DNA of 64,000 nucleotides from Syncephalis fuscata S228 (lineage: Eukaryota; Fungi; Zoopagomycota), in NCBI GenBank assembly GCA_025786725.1, contig JAHLTZ010000001.1:186001-250000 (forward strand), read 5' to 3'. The stretch's first letter is position 1. Each line of letters opens with the position of its first letter. The notes under the pieces are model-generated. The model was not told where the DNA came from and searched no databases. It was given only the letters and a program-made list of their open reading frames with translations. The position numbers were made by a program, and so were the translations under genes. This document shows positions 39,794 to 52,600 of this stretch, piece after piece.

Positions 39794-40678
39794 TTAGGAC
39801 TCGAGGATATCACGGAGACGACGCACGGTACTGCGCACGGTAGCAGCAGCAGTCGTGCTAAATAACGACAACAAATAGAGTAGATGCATAATGTATAAGT
39901 ATCCTAACACTGGTAATTGTATAACAAACTACTTACGAGACAGTCCAGGCACCACCGGCCATGGTCTTGCGGCAGGCACGGCACTGCCAGATACCGACAG
40001 CTTGACGCTTCACGGCATCCTTACCGCAGAAAGTGCAGGTATAACGCGAGTGCTGCGTAATTTCCATCTTCTTGATCTGCTTACGCAACGACGAACCGTA
40101 ACGAGTACCGTACTTGCCGGTGATTCCGACCTTACGAGTGCGCTTGGCCTATTGACATACAATTTAAATACACGCGCCATTATCATTATTAGTTACTGAT
40201 ATATAATATTAATTATAACCAATCCATATAATCCATGTCTATACAGCACTATAATAGCGTATATCCACACTACACATATAGCCATTTATGTTATATGCTA
40301 TATACTTTACGTGATGCTATTAGCAATCAATATAAGTGCATATAAGCAATATTATAGTATCCATTCCATAGTAGCAATCTAGCTTGTAAATAGCCAATTA
40401 CTGGCCCATTGTAACGTAGAACAGGTAAAAGAGCGAGTATAACAAGTCGCTAGACTTATGCTCAATGTTTGACGTTTATCGTTGTCATTCTGTACTAAGC
40501 ACTAATACTTTCGCTCGCTTTCTCCTTCTCCGTCTTATTCTACCACAACTACTGCTATTACAATAAGCCCATGGCTAAATACATCAATCGATTGATACAC
40601 GGATGGATGGATGGATGGATGCATAGATGGATGGATGCATAGACATGGATGCTGGATGATTCATTCAGTATTTACCAT
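39794..40678 (-). CDS. RPL43: 60S ribosomal protein eL43 (L37a)
   Basis: ATG, then a 527-bp intron (40675..40149), then [23 protein letters not shown]...CTFCGK...GIWQCRAC...GGAW, a second intron, then [15 protein letters not shown]. Missed by the ORF track. Confidence 0.97.
40601..40655. repeat. (GGAT)n microsatellite in RPL43 intron 1
   Basis: GGATGGATGGATGGATGGAT followed by degenerate units. Confidence 0.85.
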
Positions 40679-41077
40679 GGCGTCGAGTTAATTCGGTATC
40701 TTCCAAACGCGTTGGGTAGAACGGGGAAGAGAAAGGAGAGGAGGATTCTCGCTTTTGGGTGGTGAGTGGTGCTCCGTATGTGGCATGCGAGTCATCCATC
40801 CCCATCACACTAATAAAACAGTTACCATTAATTACTACAATTGTTACAATTACTACAATTACTATTAATTAGCCATTTACTGGTTTTAATTGATATTACT
40901 ATTTAATTATTTTAATGAATTACTTTTATTGGTGGATGCAACAACAATAATAATCATAATAATAACAATAGCAATTATATTATTAACTAAATATCAAATA
41001 CTATAAAAGTATTGGTATTAGTAGTGGATTTTAGTAAAAATAGATAGTTAAATAGCTGAAATGAATAAAGAAAAGTA

Positions 41078-44000
41078 TTAACGTCGTCTTGGTGTCTCAG
41101 GACGTTCTCGTGGACCACGTGGGCCACCTACATTACTACTGCTGCTATTATGATGAAGTTGTTGCTGGAAACTTGTAGCGCTTGAGGTAGGGCCACCATT
41201 ATAGATGTCGGTACGGGCAATAGGCATGACCGGTGGTGTATATGGTGGTCGTGCTGATAAAGGATCATTGGCCGGTGTCGCTATCTCTGGTCTGGCTAAT
41301 GATGGATCGGCCATTGTACTATTACTGTTACCGTTACTATTGGTCATGGCCATTGGTGTAGGCATCTTTAATGCTTCAGAAGCATAGGCTAGCCAACTAG
41401 CTGTTGCTTCAGATACTACACTACCCGCTGCCGGTGCAGGTGTATACGGTGCCGATATCTGGGAATAGCCACCCTGCAATGGTGGTTGTGATTGCACTTG
41501 TAGTGGTGATGATGGCTGCTGTAAACCGGGTATCGTGGGTTCTGGCATCGATAGTATCGGTGATTTATTAGCCAGTGGATCCGTATAATTATTGCCGTAG
41601 GAACTACTGCCCGATGATGGTGTATGAGCATATTGGTTATATTTGGTTGATTGTAATGCTGGCTCATTCAATTCGGTAATCGTTGCTTGCTCACCACGTC
41701 CTTCAGCGACCCATTCATGCCAGCGTCTCATTGGAATGACGTCTGGATTAAATTCATCGGTTTTGCCACTACCATCACCATGGCCGTGTCCATCGGGACC
41801 GTCAACTTTACGGGTGGCACCCCACGAGAAGTCATCAAAGTGCCAGAAAGCATAGAGTGGCAATACAAGATTCCAAATAGGCATACCAAGTAAGAATACA
41901 CCCATCCACATGACATAAACACCTTTACGCGTGGTAACAAGTACTAGGAATGCTTGTAGCATAAGTGTGGCACACATAAATAGCAAGGGTAGACCGACAT
42001 CAGTACCGGCAATACCGGCGACAATAAGGGCCAGTAAGAATATAAATGCCGCCGGCAATACCACTGTACCAATCAATTCCATAAATATAATAAAATGCAT
42101 CGAACAGCAAAAGATGCCACACAGTTCCGGTACTAGAATAAGTTCAAATAAATTATGAATGGTCGAGTTAATCCATCGTCGTCGTTGTGAAAGCAGTACA
42201 CGGAATTCATCCGGTACAATGGTGCGACAAACGGCCTTTGGTACATAGATCATTTTACGCTTAGGAAAGGCTCTAAGCATAAGTGTTGTCAAGTAGCGAT
42301 CTTCACCGAGTAGCAATAAATTCTTCTTGTGTAATGTACTTGTATCGTTCGAGCTGTACATTTCTACAATATCCGGATTGGCCAATACAGGCACTGAATA
42401 GCCATCACATTTGGGTGCCTTAATACGATACATACAGAAACAACCGGGTAAACAAGTAACGCCGCCAAAGATCGATTCAAATGCTTTGCCTAAATGATGC
42501 GAAATGTAATACTCGTATACTTGAATCATAGTAACCCATGATTGGCGCTTATTAGCCACTCTTGTCTCGCCACATAGGCCCATGACAGTGGGATCGCGTT
42601 CCATGGCAGCTACCATATAGCTAAGAGCATCGGGCATAACAAGTGTATCTGCATCGACCATCAGTACCATGTCGTATTTATCAGGCGTAACACCAGTCAA
42701 TGCTCTAGTTTTTTCAATAGATCAAACTCGAGTGGTGACATACGTTCGTTGAATATAACTTTACGCATCCACTGCATTAGAATAAGCTGTGAGTCGCGTT
42801 TCCACGATTGCCTGCTTTAGCACCAGCAGCCCGTTCTTCAGTGTACCGCATTTAACAATAAGTAAATACGGTAAACGGATATCATCACAGGCATAATGAC
42901 CAATATAGACTTGTGCCATATTATGTTGTTTAACACCATCGCCAATGGCCGTGTAGGAACAAGGTGTTGGTGTGGGCGAATTCGCATCACGATCCATTAC
43001 TTTGATACACAGATCAGGTGTACTTGCTCCATTGCCGGCACCCGTAACATCACCGTCAGCAATAACGAATAATAGACGATGGTCATTTGAGTAGGTCGAT
43101 CGAGCAATGGAGTCAAATGTTGTACGCAATCCGGCTTCATCCTCGGAATAACAAGTAACGAGTACCATAACGTGGGATATCGTATCTGGTGATCGGGCCT
43201 TGGTTGATACTTTACCGAGTTTCCAGCCTAAGAACCAATCAAAAGCAATGGCTGCCACAAATTTGATAATTGTAATAACAATAAGAATAGTGGTAAGAGC
43301 AATTAATAGTAAATTACTCGCAAAACAGCCAATCGTGGTGCCATCAACACGTCCTACCATAAATTGTGCATCAAGACATGGTACAAGATCAATTAGCGTT
43401 TGGCTACGAGATATTTGACGTGATGCATCTCGACCAGCCATTTTACGTAGTTCTTCAGTGGCATCATTACCCAAATACGTTTGATTTGCGTTGAAATACG
43501 AGCTTAAATCATATACTCGTTGATTGTAGACAAGTAGACTTTTACTCTCTGTAATATTATCCCACGAAAAGGCTACGTATTGATCGGTTGCATAGCGCAT
43601 CAAATCTTGTTGAGATGCGCTACTTGTGTGACAGTGCAAGTATTCTGCCTTGCTAATTGATGGACGGGTCGTTTTTAATTGACAGTCATTTGCTGTGCTA
43701 CTGGTAGGCCAGCGTGAACAGCCTGACTGTTGTCGTTTAGGTGGGAAAAAGTCGCTGATATCATTGCCATAGAGTGGATCAATAACAGTAGCCAAATCTT
43801 TATCAGTTAAAGGTGTAATGGGTCGATGAAAGCCGTATTCAAAATAGTCGCCCAGATGGAAGAGACGACCACGTACTGTCATGTATCGCTGACCAATAGC
43901 TGCTTCTACGCCGTGTTTTGCCGCTACTTCAGCAGGGAATATAGGCACAATCTTTTGACAGGCCAGACCGGAAAAGCCAAACGTAAGAAATCCAAGTATG

Positions 44001-45547
44001 ACTGAAATACAAAGAATAATAAAACATAGAGCAACCTTCTCCCGCCATGCTTGTCGAACATTGGGTGCACGTAGTCCGCCAAAATGGTTCAAAGCTGCGT
44101 CAAAACAACAGGCTGTTATGCCTTGTGAAAACCATTCCCAAATGCCACGTTTCTCTGTGCCATTAGAAAGAAGTCGTGAGGCGGCTGCAGCGGCTAATCC
44201 ACGTGGATGTTGACGTAGATTCGTATAGGCCATTTGTGGATAATTAGCCTGAGCCTCTAGTGCACCACCTAGGCTGCCGGGTGAAGCGGAAAAGTTTGGC
44301 AAATTATTACGCTGACGTCGTGAGCGTAGACCAGTGCGTTTGGCTGTTGCTTTACGTGGTGCCCGTCCCATGGTGGCCCGTCCCTATATGCATTAATAGC
44401 GTTGTGTTAATTACTGGCTATTTTATTGCAGCTATTATTCAACTTACTGGTCCACTGGCTCTTGTACGATTACTAACAGCACTGCGCATCTCAGTGACCT
44501 GTGAGCCACTACCACCACTAATGGCCGATTTGACTGCACTGGGTGACGGTTTATTCGGCAAAGGCGGTGGTCTTGGCGAAGATGAAGCTGGCATGGCTGT
44601 TCCAGATACGGGCACTGTATTCGCTTCAGCTCTTTCTGGATAAGCGTTATTGCCACTGACCGATACAGCCGATCCAGCCACGCCATATCGTAATGTAATG
44701 CCTACATCTGAGGCATTTGTATGCTGATGTTCTGTCAATAAAGCAATTACTTCATCACATCCAGCTTCCCGTGCCAATACATAGGCTGTCTTGTCATTAC
44801 TGGTAGCCACTGATGCATCGGCACCATGATCAATTAGAACTTGCAAACGGCATATCTACCGGCATAAGCAGCCAACATTAATGCTGTCCAGCCATACTAT
44901 AAATAAATGAATAAACACATAGATTAATATCACAATTGTAAATAGCCCATCTCCATACCTGATCGGTTGTATTAAGCTCGGCTCCTTGTTCGATAAGATA
45001 CTGCACGACTGAAGCGTGGCCTTCATAACTCGCAAGCACCAAGGCTGTTTTGGCCGAGTTATCTCGATGATGTACATTGGCTTGCGCTAATTCAACTAGA
45101 ATTTCACATACAGATCGATGTCCATTATAGGCAGCAATCATAAGCGGTGTAATTTGCTCATTATTGCCTAAATCAACCTTGGCGCCCGCACGAACAAGTA
45201 CCTCAACTGATGAATGATTACCGGCTGCACTGGCTTGGTAGAGTGCTGATTCACCGTCATTATCTAATAGTTATAGCCATATCCATTAATATACCATACT
45301 ATAGCGTATATATAGTCGATTATAATGAATATTTACCTCGAAGATCAACATCTACATTACGCATATTGCAAAAGTATTGAACTACCTGGTCCGCACCCGG
45401 TGTTTGACAGGCCACCATTAATGGAGTACGGCCATCTCGATTACGAATAATATTAAGATCATAGGGCGACTTTTCCAATACATTTCGGATAAGGTCAACA
45501 TCATTGACTAGGATGGCATCAAATATGGTTGCCACCGGGTTGCTCAT
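41078..45547 (-). CDS. Class IV (Chs3-like) chitin synthase with N-terminal ankyrin repeats
   Basis: Ankyrin exons ([61 protein letters not shown]) are spliced in frame by a phase-0 GT-AG intron at 44447..44384. They lead into AWREKVALC, a cyt-b5-like region, VTCYSED, VIADG, GNRGKRDSQ, MVDADT, LGEDRYL, QRRRW and DDFSWG.TR. Apparent 1-bp deletions near 44843, 42841, 42800 and 42716. Confidence 0.9.
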
Positions 45548-46630
45548 ATTAACAATGGCTGGTTAGGCCACAATATGAATAAATAGGCAAATAGATACGA
45601 CAGATAACTGTAAATACGATGAATAAGCTACATGTCATTATTTGAAGCCATACTTACCTAATAATAGTGTTGGTAATAGTAATAATGGTATTAATAATGG
45701 CGTAATATCGGCGTTAGATATAGGTAAACACAGTACTTTTGCCGATATAGACAGTTGAAAGACAAAAGTAGAAAATAAACAAGTGCCGCCGTATCAAGAC
45801 TGAATGCAATCGAGTTGAAAGATCAAGATGATGTTAACGAATTCAATAGTGCTCGTTCAGACGTAACAATAAGCAGTATTAATTCAGTAGAGTTTGAGGA
45901 TAATAGAGTTGAAGATAGTTATCAAACGCTAGAATAGTCCAGACACACGACAAATAGGCAGACACAGATAGACAGGCAAACAAATAAGCACAGGAAAGAG
46001 AAAGAAAGGCGTCGGTACAAACGAACAATAAAAAGAAAGAAGTAAGGCCAAGCGAGTAATAGTGTAATAAACGTAGTACCAGTCTATTAGTAACAGTAAT
46101 ACTAATAACAACTCCACTAATAACACCACTTCTAATAATGGTAATAGTAATAATAACAATAAAATAGTACGAATACCAATAAATCGGAGTTTTTCCCTCA
46201 CTGAAATGCAAATGTGGTGTGAGATGGATTGAAAAGAGAAAATGTGTATGAATCAATAAAATAATGCAGCCACTTGTTTGACAATCTGTACAAAATAATA
46301 TTACTTGTACAGAAAGTACAATAGAATGGATGGCTTATTGATTACAATTGATCAATTGATTTGTAAGTCAGGATGCTAAACAATAAGCGTCTCCAACCTA
46401 CTGAATTGCTGAATAAGCTTAAAGAAAAGAAATACACTATCAATGGTAGTGGCACCGATCAAGTACCTAAGCGACGTCTACTGGTAACTGAGTAAACGAT
46501 ATACGAGACAAAACACCGTAACAATACGTCGGTATGAGAAAGAAAGCCTGCTTAGTGATACTGGTCCCGGTTACTTTGCAACTACCTGTACTGCGCTCAC
46601 AAACTGGCCAGTATTGTAAACAAAGTAAAC

Positions 46631-46656
46631 AGTAGTAGTAGTAGTAGTAGTAGTAC
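46631..46656. repeat. (TAG)n microsatellite in the CHS/CHS7 divergent spacer
   Basis: About 8 tandem AGT units. Confidence 0.85.
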
Positions 46657-47746
46657 TGACGATGGTGACAGTGGCAGTGACAAGAGTGATGAAATTTGAA
46701 CAAACACGATACTATACCTATGCTACTGTAGTGCCAAGTATATCAAATATACAACGTTGTAGTATTCTACAAAAGAAGAAATAAAACGGTACCGTATGCA
46801 ATAGAGAAATAAAGAACAGCGAGATCAATGATATGTTATGAGATGCGTAGTAGTATAGAGAGAGAGAGAGCGAGATGTACTTTTATCCATAGTGTAAGTA
46901 TTTTATTATTAACATGTCTATCTTTAGTCATTTTGATCCAATGATATACACGTGACTATGGCTATGGGTCTACAAGTGTAGTACACACCCACTCATTCGC
47001 CCTCACCTATGATTGGCATGGTTATACAGAAAGACGTTCTATTTAATAATATACATTTGATGTCTAATGTTAATTAGAATGGTTATCATAGTTAATATAG
47101 ATGGTAAATAAGTGAGGAGTGTAATCATCTACTAACACCATTCTACTATTTCATTCACTCACTCAACATTCTTGCCTCTCTTCACTCTATCCTTTTATTT
47201 TTATTCTTTAACAACCACTACCACTACTACCACTACTACTACCACGACTGACTACAAGCACCGCTGTTCCACGATCTATTGGACTCGGTGGCTTCGTTTT
47301 TCTAGTCAATAGTTTACTTGGTAACTTGCCTTTTACAAGTCACTGTCCCTTTGACTCTTTTTTCTTACTTTTTTACTTCTCATCTATCTATCTAGTTCAT
47401 TTTAACTGCTATATATCGAGTCTATTGCAACGACAAGCACCGTGTGCATATTAGTAGATATACGGTCTTTTTTGTTACTCCATCTCGATTTGTACTCGGC
47501 ATTGTTATTTTAGTAAATCTATTTTGCGTACGTATTAGTACGGATAGTAGACTGGCCCACGTCCAACATCATCTTGCGGGATATAAAATAGCAATCTACT
47601 ATTGTGGTGTAGGCGCGTCTTAGTCGTGGCTAGTTGAGGTCGTCTATACTAAACGGAGGGTCTACGGTTGACTGCCGTACGGTAAGTGACTATGACGTCT
47701 AATAATGGAATCTAACAGTGATGTGCGCGGTCTATAGTGATTCAAT

Positions 47747-49027
47747 ATGCAGTTCGGCTCATTTGTCGATATTTGCAATACGGCCTCCTTAATGGTGTGC
47801 CCCGTATTGGGAAAGAAAGGAGGCACTGGCCTAGAGACTGACTGTTATCCTCGTAATGTGGATATTGGCGGTGTTTTACTCTTTCAATCGGGTAAGTGGT
47901 ACATTTATATTGATTATATCCTATTTATAGTAAAATACATTTAGCCACTCTGATTATTCATATTGTTGCTTTGGTTATGACATCCATTATGATTTACCAT
48001 ATTCGATCCAAATATACGGCGGTTGGTAAGTGGATATGTCTATTATTAATGCTGCCATTTATTTAATACTAAATGACCATGTCAATTAGGTCGTAAGGAA
48101 ATTCTTATTTTCTTTTACTTGTATATGGTCGTCAGTGTATTAGAACTGTTACTTAATTCAAATATTATTCAAATGTCATACAGTGTCTATCCAGTAGGTA
48201 ACAATTGACATTATTTATTATTTAATACTAATTATACACTACTATTGATTTAGTATTTCACGGCTATCCATGTTGGTTTAATGTGTGCCACCTTTTGGTG
48301 TCTACTACTTAATGGATTTGTAGGATTCCAATTTGCTGAGGATGGTACACCTTTATCGCTTTGGGTAAGTAGTTTACTTAACTATTATTAAATTATTAAT
48401 TGATTTTTTGTTTTACTAGTCTATTCGCATTTCTTCATTGGTTATTGCTATTATTACGGCATTTATTGCCATTGGTACATTCCAGGGTATTGCCGGTCTT
48501 GATCCAACAAATCCAATGGCTCTATGGATTATTTATTTTATTTTTAATGGAGCGGCTTTTGCTATCTATGTTATTCTACAAGTAATTCTAGTGATTAATA
48601 CACTTGATGACCGTTGGCCATTAGGTAAGTTGGAGATGGATGGTGTGCTAATGCTGGTTAATAATACTGATGGCAATGGCGATTAGGTGATATTATTTTC
48701 GGTTTGTTTTTCTTTGTTATTGGTCAGGTATTGGCTCTTGGTTTCTCAAATAATCTATGCAAAGCAACCAAGCATTATATTGATGGCGTGTTCTTTGGGG
48801 CCATCTGCACACTATTGGCCGTTATGATGGTCTACAAATACTGGGACTCTATCACAAAAGAAGATCTAGAATTCTCAGTTGGCGGTAAACAGAATACTTG
48901 GGAAGTCAAGGATAATTACGGTGACGATGAATTTGCCTATGGTGCACCACCCAACTATAATGGCTCTCCTTCTGACCCATATGCTTATCCAAAAACTGCC
49001 TCAGCCTATTATGATGATCGATTCTAA
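47747..49027 (+). CDS. CHS7: Chitin synthase export chaperone, paralog 2
   Basis: [87 protein letters not shown]. Five coding introns plus a probable 5'UTR intron (47682-47737). Confidence 0.96.
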
Positions 49028-49614
49028 TGGTGTTCATTTAATAGCCATTTAATAAGAATAGTAATCATCATTATAATCATCATAATATTAATCATAATAA
49101 TTATAATACGTTAGTCGTAACAGTAACCAATCAGCATAACGATGAACAACATCACCGATTATGCAAAAAACTATTTTTTAAATATGCTAGCCATCGTATT
49201 GCTTTTCTATTTCTTTCTATTTCTTCTACAGTGGATGTCAACTGTGTTAATCCTCTTAAATAAAGCATCAAAATGGATTTGAGTGAAACTGACTTTTTGT
49301 CTGATCTGAGTTGAATTGTAAAAGCACCGATTTGTTTATGATACAAATACACGCGTCGACACACACACATACAAAATATCTATTGGAATCTGCTTTCTTT
49401 TACTGCTTGCTCCACTTGTCGTTGTTATAACTATATACTTTCTTTATTCGGCGTGACGTTCTTTTTGTTTATCCCTTCGTCTATCTACTATAACACGACA
49501 AATAAGGCTTGCTGGAGGCATTCTACATCTGATCGTAAGTCTAATCAACAAGTGTACGCTGGTGTTTATTTATTTATTTTTAATCGTTTATTTTCTTGCT
49601 GGCTATAGTGTAAT

Positions 49615-52600
49615 ATGTCGGCCTTTACCGATCCACAGCAATGGCGGCCCGATTCCTATCGATCTTTGCAAGAAGCAATATTAGCGGCTGTTACGAATTA
49701 TACGTTGGATCAACCAGCGATAGGCGATGAGGCAGTTCAGGAAACGGCGCGTCATTTAGCAAGCCGTTTAGAAGCCGCATTGCCTGACCTTAAGAATCTA
49801 CTCGACGATCCACCGCGTGACCCACAACATCGTGCACAGGTTGAAAAGGGCACAGTGGCTGTGTCGGGCAATAATAGACTAACAGTAAACCAAACATTTA
49901 TTAAAGAAGCACTATTACTGGCTGAAGAATTAAATATTGATGAATATTTGGCCTGTTCACTATTGCACCATGGCAAGCAGCAAAGTGCACGTTTTGACCG
50001 TTCCCCCGTCGAAACAGCCATATTTCTTTATCATGCCGAGCGTAATTGGAAGCTATCATGTCTTACACTGCTATTTAAATACGCCAGCGATATCGGCATT
50101 GTTCCAAAAATTCGTATTGTTCTTTCAAACTGTGTGGCGACTTTAATTGGCAACGATAAAGGCAAATCGATAGCATCTAGTTCATTTCCAAGTAAAGCAC
50201 TTAAGGCTGTTGACCAACTAAAGCAACAAGTTGAAAAGTTAAACAAAACAACTGCTACCGACTCAGCCAAGACGGATATTGGCGCCGATGTTCGTGCACA
50301 TTCTATTACAAGTTTAACCGACCAACGACATGCACTTGGACCCATCCTATTCTCTATTTCATACATTTACCAATTGGACCCAAATGATATGACCAGTCTA
50401 CTTGAAACATTACGTAAAGCCGATACAATTGATGAAATGACTGCCGTTTTACTTGTAGTATTGCTGGCTTCAATCGATTCACTACCCGAACATGAGTATA
50501 TTTCGACATCAGCGGCCATTTCAGCCTCCTTCAGCACTTCAACACGTAATACGTCGTCGACCAATGTATCTGGACTACAAACAGATCGTACTTTTCTAAT
50601 GCGTTTCAACGATGCTGTGGCAGCGCCTGGCTGGCAAGTGGCCGAAATTGGCGCTGTTGTCACCTTACAATGGGGCATGTTTCTTATGACGGCCGTGCAG
50701 CATTCACCAGCGTTAGAACGTGAATTGGCCTATCGAGAGGACCGCGTTGAGCAGATGATGGATGCAGCAGTAACTGAAGGGGCCTTTTCCTTCCTTGAGT
50801 CTTATTTACTGGCGGCACGTCATCATGTAGATTCTACGCGTAAATGGCAAATAATAGCCGGTGCTACAACAGTTGCCCAACTCGATGAAGAGTTCCAAAC
50901 GTGTATTCAAACGCAAGTCGATACACTGGTTACAAGTTTCCTTATTAAAATGCACGGCTTATTGAAGAAGATTCGTTCGCGTGAAGAACATCAAGTTGAA
51001 GCGTATACCCAGCGTATGAAGCATGGCCGAGCAGCCGGTACACCACCTCGTAATGATGTAGGGGCCTTTTTCGACCTTATTGCCACACTATATGCCGATC
51101 GACCTGATGCCGGCCTTAAATACTGGCAAACCGATCGTCTTCGTGGATTTCTTAGCTGGGGCCGTGAATCAAACAATTTTGAATCTATTCGCTCGTATTT
51201 GCGTATGCTAGGCTCGTTAACTGGCAAAGTATCAAGCCAATATGTTATGGAGTTTGTTACAACATCAACGCCACGTAGTAATCCAATATATACATGGACG
51301 CATTTATTTGATGTTATCGGCATTTACATCGAGCGTATGAAGCAGCAAGCACAAGCTGCCATTGCTGCCGGCGCTAAATTCGATATGCGATTTGGCATGA
51401 AGCCAAGTGAAGTAACGATTATGGTGCCATTCCTTCATATGCTGCGCCAAGTCGTGTTCTATTCACCGTTAGCACGTATGGCCATCTACGAACATCCAGA
51501 ATATCAGGCAATTGAACGTCTATTTAATCTGGCTACATGTTTTGTGCCTATTGAAGTTAAAGCGGCTTTATTCAATGCTATTGCCGCATTTTGTCTACCC
51601 GATACGCCGGCTGGTGCCGATATTTCTCGACGTGTATGGGCTGTTATGGAGGCCAGTCAAGTGTTACGTACAGTGACAGATCGTGATTTACGCCTATCCG
51701 ATAATATTCTACAAAGTGGTCAATTAGCACAAAGTGTAGGATTTGGTGTGACATCTGTCTTTGGTTTGGCACCTTCTGGTAATACTTTGCAGTATGAAGG
51801 ACGTGGCGGTATTCAGTATGAATTGGAAGAATTGGAAACTGCTCGTGAAACATATCCAGAAACACGCGCTTTTCTTAATCTACTTAATACGCTTATTCAT
51901 ACGCCATCTAAACGTGCCGCTTATCGTTTATGCTATGGTACACCTTCACCTTCCGTACCTGATGATCTAGGTGCCGGTATGCGTCAACGTACTGGCATTG
52001 TGCCCTATATCAATTTTGTTATTGAGCATGTCTTTTTAAAGGCCGCCAGTCGTGGTTATGCAAATCCGGCTGAGCGATGGACAGTAACCGAGGCAGCATT
52101 GGCACTACTTGAACGCTGTCTTATTTCATTTGATCTAGCAAATCTGTGCACTAATACTAACGGCGAGCCAGTTCCACCTGATACAACTGGTGCCCAAGTC
52201 AATATGGTCCACGCCATTGCTTTGATGTCACAGCCTGGCTTTGCCATTCTTACGCGTCTATTATGCGGTTCACAATTGCTAGAAGAAATTGTCCGTGTTA
52301 TTAATATCAGCGTGGATACACTTAATCGTCAAAATGCCCAACGTCAACCGGCAATGCGACGAAGTGTTCAAATAGCGCTACGTTTATTATGGCGTGTTAC
52401 CGGTGTTCAAGACGTATTTATCGACAAGCTTGTACCGGCCATTGTTGAACATTTAAGCCAAAATGCCGAATTAGGCGGTGATAACTTTAACCAGATTCTA
52501 CCGCCCTCCATTAGCAAATTGGATCAATGGCTATTATATCGTCAAGATGTTGTTATTCAAATTGCTCTTTATATCACATGCCATGAAGATACAGAGATTT

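Noticed and set aside
39891-40199. Plus-strand 102-aa ORF
   Set aside because: It is antisense to RPL43 exon 2.
42700-42845. Chitin synthase split into two genes or pseudogenised
   Set aside because: Three 1-bp deletions restore the continuous CGTPEE...GNRGKRDSQ...PLEFDLF motif. The same error pattern occurs across the window.
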